A DNA stretch of 64,000 nt from Paraspadella gotoi (Eukaryota; Animalia; Chaetognatha). Position 1 is the first letter of the stretch; every line of letters starts with the position of its first letter. The stretch covers positions 4,292,931 through 4,356,930 of the forward strand of contig CM119266.1 in assembly GCA_051294375.1 (NCBI GenBank), written 5' to 3'. Below are positions 50,791 to 61,504 of the stretch, in pieces. The notes under the pieces are model-generated. The model had not been told where the DNA came from and did no database searches. It saw nothing but the letters and a program-made list of their open reading frames with translations. The translations under genes and the position numbers were made by a program.

Positions 50791-53700
50791 TCACTGGGCC
50801 TTGTAATTGAGGGAGATCTCCTCGAACTCGGGATCGAATCCTTCGCCGCTCGTGTTGGCCTCGTCCTTGTTCTTTTTTACCTTTTTCTTCTTCTTGCTGG
50901 CGGCCAACTGGGCCTCCAACATCTCCAACTCCTTCTTGAGATCGGCCAACTTTTTCTCAGAGTCTTTGAGCTTCTTCGTCTTGGGCGGACCACTTCCTTG
51001 GGCATCTTCCTCGATCTCCTTGGCCCTCTTCCTTTCCTTCTCCCGCTTTTCCTTCTCTTTTCTCTCGGCTTCTTCCTTGGCCATCCTCTCTTCTTCCTCT
51101 TCTCTCGCTTTGGCTCTCTTCATCTGTTCCTCTCTCTCTCTTTTCGCTTTATCTTTTCTTTCTTCGATCTTTTTCTCCCTTAATCTTTTGGCTTCGGCGG
51201 CGGCGGCGGCCTTTTGCGCCTCTCTTCGTTTCGCTTCGGCTCTTTCCTCCTCCGAATCTGTGGCGTCGGATCCCCGCTTCTCCTCCGTCGGAGCTGCGGC
51301 GGCGGCGGCGTCGTCTACAGTGGTCCACCCGCTGCGAGAAAACTTTTGCGGACTCTCGGGCGCCTCTGACTTTTCTCCCTTTTCTCCTCTTTCTTTTTTC
51401 TTGTCTCCGCTGCGTCGTTTGTCTTCATGACGTCTGCTCTTCGGTTGACGCTCTTCTTCTTCGTCCGAATAAGATGAATCGGATCCTTCCCTCCTCTTTC
51501 TCTCTTCTCTCGTTCTCTGCCTCTTGTCCCAATAATCCTCTTGATCGCTCCATTCCTCTTCGTTCTTTCTACTTCGCCTCTGACTCTCTTCTCTTTTCTT
51601 CTTCCTCTTCTCCTCTTCCCCGCTGATCCCGAAGATCATTCTCTTCTCTTTCTCCTTCCAATCTTCCACCTCGTCGTTGGGTCGGCCTCTGTCCCCGTGC
51701 CATCCGCCGCGGCCACGCCCTCTGCCGCGGTGAAAGTCCGGGTCCGTCCGTCCCGTGATTTTGGCCAGACGCAATTTGTTGGTGACTCTAGGATCCGGAG
51801 GCGGCGGAGGCGGAGTCTCGCTGCGACGACGGTCTCTTTCCCGCTCCCGCTCTCTCTCTCGTTCCCTCTGCTTTTCTTTTTCCTTTTCCTTCTCTTTTTG
51901 CTTTTGTTTTTCTTTTTCCCTTTCTTCCCTTTGCCTTTCTTCCTCGCGCGCCCTCTCTTTTTCTCTTTCTTCGTCCTTTTTTCTTTCTTTTTCCTTCGGC
52001 GCTCCGACTCGACACCATCGTCCACCGATGAACTTCCAATTATCGCCGCCGACGGAAGCGTCCTCTTCGGTCGGGACTTTTTCCTTTTCGTGTTGGTCTT
52101 GATCTTTGGGGATCGCGGATTCCCTATAGAAGACGCCTTCGTACCAAGTCCCGGCGTCGTCGTACTTATTAAGAACAGACTCGCGGTCCTGCTGCGGCTG
52201 CTGCTGCTCCTCCACCGGCGCCACCGCAACTGCATCCTTTTTCGGCGGACGAGTGACTTGAAAGTCTTGTTGATCTCCTTTGACGAAAGCGGTGAAGTTC
52301 CAGCTGGGTTTCTTCGGCTCCCTCCGCTCTTCCATCTCCTGCGCCTCCGGCGTCTGCTGCTCCTCCTCCTCCTCCTCCTCCTCGCGCCACTCCTCGTCCT
52401 CCGCTTTCCCTGCCGCGGCAGCGGCGCCATCTTCGAACAACCTCGCCTTGACGGGTGATTCCGCTCTCTGCGCGACTTCTTCTTCGAAGCTGTCATTTTC
52501 GATCTGTTCCCAACTCAAGCTCTGATAAAGAAGTTCGTGCGGGACTCTGTTGACGTTGAGGCCTCCGGAGGGGAGCGGCTCCACGTGCTCCTCGACAAAC
52601 CTGTGGACGGCGTCGATGCCTCCGTCCTTGTAGAGGGTCTTGGCTCTATTCAAAACCCACTTGGTCTTGTTCCTCAGATTAACGTATTGCTCCTTGTTCA
52701 ACTGCAGCATCTTGCGATCCGCGGAGACGTTGTGGGCGCCGAGCATCTTCGTCTTGTGCTCGCATTCTCTCCTCAGACTCATCAACCTCTCGAAGGCCTC
52801 CCTTCTCTGCCGAGCCAGTTCCGCCACGAGCTCCACATTTGCCCATTGACGATCGTCACGACCTTCGCCGCTGGCGACGCGGCGCTTGAGCGTCGCCCTG
52901 CGGCGTCGCTTGAAGCTGAGCCAATCCTCCTGGTCGACGCAGAACATGGTGGTCCCGACATGTCGCTCGCCCGAATGACCTGCTGTGGGGGAAGAAGCAT
53001 CATCGAAAAAATCATCGTCATACGCGCACAAAAAGTCCATGGGAATGTTCGTGGGAATATGAGGACACTCCGGCCTCATGATTTCCGCGCAGCATTGGAA
53101 GTACGGGGATTTTTCGTAAAAGAGTTCCCGGTCTTCGTCGAGCGAGGGCTTCTTGCGGGTCCATCCCAGCGGCGCCGGAACGTGGGCCTTGCGGGGCTGC
53201 GGCGGCGGAGGCAGGGCGGGCAGCGGGGACCCGGGTTTCGTCGTCTCTAACCATTTGATCTTGGGATTCTTCGGTTTCGCCTCGACTTCTGCTGCCGCCG
53301 CTGTCGCCGCCGTCGCAGCTGCCGCATTGGCCTCCTCCGCCGACTCGGTCCGCTGACGCGGCGCGGAAGAAGATTCCGCCGCCGCCGCCCGATCGAAGGG
53401 CGTCGATTTGACCTGCGGGATCGAACGACTCGGTTGGTATTGATTCAAGTTGACGTTGACTTTGATTCCATCGTCGTCGTCGGAATCCGATTCGGTCTCG
53501 TCCTTCGCTTCTCCTTCTTCCTCTTCATCCAAATTATCCAAATCGATCTCGTCCGGATTTTTCTCTCTCTCTTTCCTCTCCGCCTCGCGTTTCTCCGCAG
53601 CGGCCTTTTCCTTCTCCGCCGCGGCGTCCGCGGCTGGCGTGGCATCCTCGCCGCTAATGCCCAGCTCGGCCTGCAGCTGGGGCAGTTCCCGTTCCACCAG

Positions 53701-56700
53701 CTGAGTAGGAAGATAGTTGCCCAGCTTGGCGTTGGCGTTTTGTTTCTCGTAGGATTCGTACTGACGCATCAACTTCATGAGTTTCTTTTTCATCTCCGTC
53801 TTGTTGAGGAAAGTGGGATGAGGGGCGGGCGGCATCCCGGCCTCCTTCCACTCGAAATAGGCGCGTTTGTTGTTGGCCATCAAATCCCTGATGACCTTTG
53901 GCCATCTTCGATCCGCGTCCCATTTTTTGCCCCTTCCCTCTTTCAGCGCCGACGCCTCCGCGACCACCGACGCCGACGGGAAAGTCCCGTCCTGAACGAC
54001 TCCTTCGACACCTGTAGATTTTTTAGCGAAAATACCACCTTCCGCACCACCACCTGCGTAATCGCTAGAATGATCGTAACCAAAAGACATAACATTAGCA
54101 TTGGCAACATTGTAATTATCATTGAGTCTTTCTTCATTCGGATAATTTCCCTCGACGACGGACGAAGGCTCGGAAGCGCCTCCTCCTTGAGACGCGAGGA
54201 ACGCCCTCACGGCCTCTTGGGCGTTCTGGACGCTGGAGACTTCTTTGGGTCGCCTTCGATCTTCGCCCTCCAGAGAGGCTTCACTGCGACCGGCTTTGTA
54301 ATAAGAGTAATGCGGGTCCGACTCCTCGCCGGCGGCCGGAGCGGGCGGGAGTTCCATGCTGAGTCGCTGGGCCAATCTCTTCGCCGTGGGCGGGATGGAG
54401 GAAGACTGCGACGACCCGGTTGGCTGACGGATTCCGCGGGCGACAACGTTCGAGGAGGCAGCCTCCGCCGGAGTCGCCGTGGGAGTCGGGAAAGCGGCGG
54501 CGACGGCGCCAGGGACGGCGCCGGGTTTGGGAGCGGGGAAATTGGGAGGGGGACGAGATGGGTCGAAGGGAAGAGGCATTTGGGGCATGGAGGGCATGGA
54601 AGGCATGGGTGGAGGGTGGGAAGGAGGAGGCTGCGACGGCGGGGGCTGGGCGAGTCCAACGTTACCGCCCGCGGTCTGCGTCAGATGCTTGGTGATGATC
54701 CCGTCGCCGATCTTGAGGAAATCGGCGAAGGAGACGACGCGGTGTCCGTCGAAGACTCGCATCACTTTGTGGGCGTCGGTGCAGCTCTAATGACGATATT
54801 AAACATTAATAATAAATTTAAGTTAATTTTAATTACATTTTAAAGTTGAAACCAACCTGGCACAAAAAGGTTTTACAATCGGAGCATCTGGCGACAGCGA
54901 CGCCCGATTCCTTGCAGGATGTGCAGACGATGATGGAGTTGACGGCCGCCAGCAACTTTGGGTCCAGATTGGAAGACCCCGACGCCGCCCCAGTCGGAGC
55001 CGAACCCAGCGACGTTTCCTTCATGTCCGACTTCTTGGATAATTCGCCGCGAGGAGGAAGATCTTCAACGCCGACTGAATTCCAAGAGGGAAAATGGGGC
55101 GATGAAGGTAAATAAATAAATAAAGGTAAATAAACTTAAGAAAATATTCCAGATCATCTTCTCATTTACTATACATATAATTTGTTATGATAAAGAAACT
55201 AATAAAATTAAATGAGCGAAAACGGACTAAAATTTATAGCGCTTTAACAAAATTGTGAAAAAATAAAAGTTTTATAGATGAGGGTAAAATAATTAAGAGG
55301 ATTGCCCCTTTTAAACTTACCCGTATCGTCCCTGACCGGAGTCCCCGATCTATCGTCATCGTCGATGGGCTCCTCCCCCGGCGGCGGGGCGTCCGACGAG
55401 ATGCTCGAGGACGCCCTCGCTCTGTCGCTGCCCGAGAAATTGATTCCCCCCGGACCGGAGCGAATCGTGAGGCCGACGCCGGAGAATAAAACCGTCGAAG
55501 TGGGCGGGGCTCCGGCGGAGGGCGGCATCACTCCGTCGGGCTTGGCGCCGGGCATCAGACCGGAGAGTGCGGGCGGCATCGGTGGCATTCCGGGCGGAGG
55601 GTAGATGGTAGGAGGTGGACCGGTGGGAGGAGCTTGGTCGCCTGAATCAAAGAATTAAAGAGAATGAGAATTGAGGTGAGAATTGAGGTGATAAGAGGAC
55701 AAGAAACCTTTGAGTAACGAGGGAGGCGGCATCGGAGGTGGCGCCAGATTCATGAAGGGCGGAAGAGGCGGAGGTCGAGGCGGCGGAATCCAACCGTTCC
55801 CCGGCATCGGACCCGGATAGGCGCCAGGGATGTTGGGCATCGGCGGGGGACCTCGAGGAACGGGCGCCACTAAAGGCGCCGGAGAACCGAGTTTCTTGCC
55901 GTGCTCCAATTTGGCCAACTTCTCTTCCATATCCCTGAAGCAAAACAAATGAAAAGAATTGAAAGAAAATAAGAAATTGGGGGAAAATGACAAACTTTGA
56001 TACTCAAAAAATAAAATTTAATACAAATGTAAAGAGGTCGTTATGTTTTATACATAACAAACTTGTCTTAATATATGAAAAAAATAAATATAAATAAAAA
56101 TGAAATGAATGAATGAAATGAAATGATTGAATGAAATGAATCGAATGACATGAATAAATGAATGAATAAAATTTAAATTTATTTAATTTTAAAAAATGAT
56201 AGAATAGAGATAAATTGCATAGAGTAAATAAATTTAAAAGTAAGAACTAAATTAATTAAACGAATTTAATTGATTTAATTTAATTGAAGAAATTTAATGT
56301 GAGAAATAAAATTTAAAAAAAGGAAAAGATGGTAAAATGATAACATGCGCGACTGTCATGCTTAACATCTCGAGTTCGAGAGAGAGAGAAGAGAATGAGA
56401 AGAGATAAATAAATCCTCACCTCAGCGCCCTGGCGCCGATGTCTTCGAAATCCTTATCCCGATTTCTTCGATCTTTTCGTTCCGACTTTTCGCGCCTCAA
56501 CTTCTCCATCTCCCTCAGCGCCTTTTCTTTGACCGACTCGGCGCGGCGCTCGGCTTCGCGCTGCTCGCGGCGCCGTCGATCGTCCTTGGCCTGAAGAAGA
56601 AGAGAAAGGAAAAGAGGTCAGCGCATCTCGAGTCAATTGGGTCATCGTGGGTCAATTTTTTTTTTACAAACGGACTGAGGTCGATGTATCCCGGTGATAA

Positions 56701-59616
56701 GGGAAGTGAAGAGAGATATTTTCTAAGGCCTCTCAGCTCCTTTGCTAAAACAAGAAAATCTAGTATTTTCAATGTTTAGAATTAGCGTACGAGAGATAAA
56801 ATAAAATAATAAAATACTACCTGGTGCAGAGTGAAAATCCTTTAAATTTATTTTATAGACATTATGAAAACAATTTAAGCCGTATGGGTTATCCTGTTTT
56901 ATACAACACAAAATATAAAAGATACCAGTGTTAGCCCACAATATTATTCGTTTCTTCGAAAAGTAAAAGCAGGAATGAAAAATTAAAATTAGCATAAAAC
57001 TTTCTGATATTACCGTACGTATTTTACAAGGCAATATATTAAAATGCATCAAACCGCCATTTTTTTTATTCTCAATCTAAACTAAAATAGGAGAAAAAGT
57101 AATTAGCGAAAGAAAGAAGATACATCTCTCACCCTTTCCTCCTTTTGTCTTTTCTTCTTCTCCTTGGCCGCGTTGAGAGACTCGATCTCGGCCTCCAACG
57201 CCTTCATTCGATCCTGAGCTTTCCGAATTTCCTCCGACGCTGGATCCTCGCCCTTCGCCGCCTCCGCCGCCTCAGACGGTTTCCTTGGCGAAGACTTCGG
57301 CTTCTGATCAAATTAATTATCATAATTACTATAAGTGACAAGAAATATTTAGACGACAATATTGTATCCCATTAAGATGAATTGTTGAACAATAATACAT
57401 TATTATTTAAATATTTAAGGTAAGAATAAGTTGATGATGTACCTTTTCTTTCCCGAGCGGTTTTGCCGGTGACGGCGTTCGCTTCGCTTCCACTTTTTCC
57501 TTCTCTACTTTTGCTTCGGGTTTATTCTCTTCAGTCTTCTTTCCTAACGAAGAATCAGGACTGCGGACGGGAGAATCCTGTCAAAACATTATAATTAATT
57601 TTATAATTGTTTTTATTAGTTGTACCAATTTCTTGAGTACATAAAACTTGAAGAAAAGGGAAAGAAAGCTGGGCCTACCTGGACAGGAGTTCCCACGGAA
57701 TCTGGGAGCTCTCCCTCTTCTCCTTCAGAATCGGAACCTAGAAGCGCTTTAGGGGGACTGGGGGCTCTCACGGGCGCCAATCCATTTTCTGAAAGTAAAA
57801 AAGGGTTCAAATTAATTTAATGGCCTTTATGAAATTTCACCTTAGCCGAGTACTAAATATTGACTAAATTTAACATTAATTAATTAACTTACAACACATA
57901 AAAAACTTTAGCGGTAATTGCAGCTCCACTATTTAACATGCGATGAGTCACATGTTTGCCATACCTAATTTGAAATACTAGGAAAGAAAGCCTTCCGTAT
58001 TTTTATTCCACCTTACCTTTTCCATCGGGATTATCCTTGGATTCGGCGGAGGTCTCCTCAACCCGCTTGTCCACGACCTGGGCCGATTTCCCCGTCGCCG
58101 TCTCCGGCGATTCGGGATTCTCCTCGGCGGCCGCAGCATCCGCAGCTGACGCGGCGTCGCGCTTGTCGCTTCGACCGTGACGGTCTTTGCCAGCGGGCGA
58201 CGATGAAGATCGCTTTCTGGGTTTGTCGGATCCGCGCTCGGGACTCTTGTTGGACTTGCGGTCAGAATGCCGCGAGATCTTGTGTCCCGGACTTCGAGAT
58301 CGCTGTCGATCTTTGCGACTCTTGGCTTCTGGACTCTGAGACCTGTTGGCTCGTTTGCCGGAATCGGAAGATTTTCGATCTTTATCTTTCTCTCGATCTT
58401 TTACGCGACTTTTCTCTTTAGGGCGGTCTCGTTCTTTCTCTCGATGCCGTTCACGCTCCTTGTCCCGATCTTTGTCGCGTTCCTTGTCCCGATCCTTTTC
58501 GCGATCTTTGTCCCGATCCTTCTCCCTCTCCCTCTTTTCTCCTTTTTCCCTCGCTCTCTCTTCCCGCCGAGAGGAGCTGGTGGATCTAGGGGGATCCCAT
58601 CGAGGGTCGAACTCTTTCGTCGACTCCGTCTCCTTGTTAGGGATTTTGACGATGGAAGATTTGGAGGCAAATCGACGTTCGACTCTTTGATCTTCCGATT
58701 TCTCGGAGGAAGCGACTTCTTCGTCGGCGGACATCTCATCAACCTCTCCCTCTTCCTGCTCGCCCTCTCGAGAGACGTCGCCTGAAGCGAGGGTTCGAGC
58801 GCGGGCTTCGACACGCCGCGCAGGATCCGCGTGGCCGCCCGAACGATCGCGTCTTCGCCCTTCGTCTCCGTCTCGCGATCGGTCGCGAGATCGACCCCTG
58901 GTCTCGCTATCTCCGTCGTGATCAGAGGCGAGACGTTTACGCTTTAACTTTTCACTGAGATCTTTTATCTTCTTTTTCTTTCCTTCGGAATCTCTGTCGG
59001 CGTCGTCTCGTTTGTCGTCGACGTCGTCGTCGTCGTCTTCACGGTCCGAAGACTTTTGCACCTTCCGCTCTTGACCCTGAGCGCTGACGGTGATGCCCTC
59101 GACCTTCCTCGTGATGGAGACTTTGCGGACTTCGCCGCCGACGGCGTCGCTCTCTTCGTCAGACTTCTTGGAGAGGACTTTGGCCACGGCGTCTTTGAGA
59201 TCCTTCTTCAGCGGGCGAAGGTCGACGGTTTTGCCGTGGACCTCGATCGTGGCGCCCTCGTCGTGCGACTTCAGCTTTTGTCGAAGATCGGCGATGTCGA
59301 GGGACCGACGGGTGGCGCTTTCGACGCGATCCATTACGGCGCCCACGCGACGGAGAGGGCGCTCCACTTGGCGAGATCGATCGCTGCCCATGACTTCGAG
59401 GTCGTTAAGGTTGATGTCCCTTCCGTCGGAAAAGGGGTCGTCGTCGTCGGCGGCGGCGTCGAGCGGGTTATCGCGATCGTGGTAGTTGTATTTCTTGCTG
59501 GAAGACCCGCCTTTCAACTTTTCCCCGTAAGACGACTTCTGTTCTCCGGAACTCCAACGTCCCCCGAAGAAACCGGCGCTGTGACGGTTCTTGTTTCGAT
59601 TCCGCCCGCGATTCAT
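50791..59616 (-). CDS. Low-complexity (RS/RD/RE, Pro-rich) protein of about 2300 aa with one type-1 B-box; about 9 coding exons
   Basis: Long ORFs 58003-59631 and 50791-54765 join through GT-AG exons at about 57678-57788, 57443-57578, 57132-57304, 56421-56591, 55708-55934, 55321-55641 and 54858-55075. The spliced B-box reads CTSCKESGVAVARCSDCKTFLCQSCTDAHKVMRVFDGH. Confidence 0.8.
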
Positions 59617-60396
59617 CCTGATGGCAGCCAACGAAAACGCTTACAGAGTCTGCATTAGCGCTCAACCAAATAAAATAGAAAGACTAATAAGGATATCGTT
59701 CAAAAGAAAGAAAAAAGTCAGAAGCACACAAGCAAATTAACGCCTGAAAAGAAGAAAATATTTGAGAGTAAATTAATATAAGAAAATGCAACAAAAAATA
59801 AATTTAATGAAAAATTATAGCGTCGGAGTTGAAAATCGCCGATTTGCCCTTGTTCGGATAATGATGATCACAATCGAGTTTTTTTTTCTCCCTAAAAAAG
59901 TCCAACAAATGCAAAAAAAAAATGAAGTCAAATGAAACCTGACATTCGGTGAAAAGGTTTTCCGGTCAAGAAGCCAACGGAAGACAAAGAAACCGGCGTC
60001 AAACTCGAATCGAGATGAACACAAGAGAAAATAAAGTGGAAACGAATGCACCAAGGTGACAATGAAAGAGAAGATGGCGGCGTACAAGGGGAGGCCGCGC
60101 GGTTGGAGAAGAAAGAAGATGAGGAAGAAGAAAATCATGTTGAAAGAGAAGAGAAAAAGGAAGAGGAAGAAGATAAGAAGAAGAAAATAACAATTGAAAC
60201 GAAGGGAAAAAGGAAGAGGAAGAGGAACAAAAAAGAGAAAAGTCACGATGCTTGCGGGAAAATTATGGAGAACTAGCGACATCTAATTATCTTAATTAAT
60301 AAGAATTACTTTCATAACATATGAACATTGGCAACACATCAACAACTATTTTTTTTATATTTGTGATAATCCTTTCTTTTCGTTGTTGTTTAATAT

Positions 60397-60503
60397 TTAG
60401 AGAAAACAAAGTGTTTTTGAATTTGTTACAACGATTTATTTTAAATAAAATAAAATAAAATAAATCGTTGTCACAAATTCAAAAACACTTTGTTTTCTTT
60501 AAT
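60397..60503. repeat. AT-rich inverted repeat with arms of about 45 bp
   Basis: agaaaacaaagtgtttttgaatttgttacaacgatttatttta and its reverse complement flank an (aaaat)n centre. Confidence 0.85.
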
Positions 60504-60852
60504 TATTTTATATTTATATATTATTATTAATATTATAATTATTATTATAATTATTATTATATATTTTTTTCTCGTTCACCTTTCTCTTTGACAACAGCCA
60601 ATGACGCGAATTTTCTATTCTTGTTGTTTTTCTCCTTTCCTTTACAGAAAAAAAATATTTAGAAATAATTTCCTCACGCCGGCGATTGGTGCGATGTTAA
60701 GCCCTCCCCAAGCCTAAATCTTCACCTCGATTCCCGCTCCTTCAGCGCGGCGATGGGATATCACCTCGGAATCCCGCTCCTACAGTCGGGACCCTGCCGC
60801 TCTGAGACTTGAGACCATTTTGAAATTTCAACTTACATCCTTGAAAACAAAG

Positions 60853-61504
60853 TGAAGAGACAGTAATTATTGTTATGTATTAGTGACAGAACCGTTCAAT
60901 ATAAGCAGTCCCTGAGCTTCGGATCAGGCTGTAACACCATGTTACAGGCGGGTTAAGCGCCCCGTCCCTCTTAACTGCCAGACGACCACCGGGCTAGAAC
61001 CCCGGACCTTTGGGTTCGGAGGCGAATGACTTGCCTCCGGCACCAATGGTCGCTGATGAACGGTTGGTGGATTTTAGTCCACCATACATCCCCCCCTCCC
61101 GTAGGGAGAAGTCTGTTGCGTCTCTTCAGTGATTGTTGTTGGTGGAAAGTTCGTCACCAAGTTGAGGCATGTCGCCTGATGTGATGTGGGCGGAAAGTGC
61201 ATCGCCAGGTTGAGGCATGTCGCCTGAAAGTGTTGTTGTTGCTGTTGTGTTCGGAAGTCGGGCTCACAAATAAAGAGACAGTAATTATTGTCATGTATTA
61301 GTGACAGAACCGTTCAATATAAGCAGTTCCTGAGCTTTGGATCAGGCTGTAACACCATGTTACAGGCGGGTTAAGCACCCCGTCCCTCTTAACTGCCAGA
61401 CGACCACCGGGTTAGAACCCTGGACCTTTGGGTTGGGAGGCGAATGACTTGCCTCCGGCACCAATGGTCGCTGATGAACGGTTGGTGGATTTTAGTCCAC
61501 CATA
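60853..61504 (-). mobile_element. Full-length TRIM, second copy
   Basis: LTRs at 60853-61086 and 61271-61504, same interior as 5476-6138, perfect TSD AAAG/AAAG, PPT adjacent to the 3' LTR, PBS with one substitution. Confidence 0.92.

Noticed and set aside
50807-59658. Many long + strand and alternative-frame ORFs over the large gene
   Set aside because: Shadow ORFs of GC-rich, low-complexity coding sequence.
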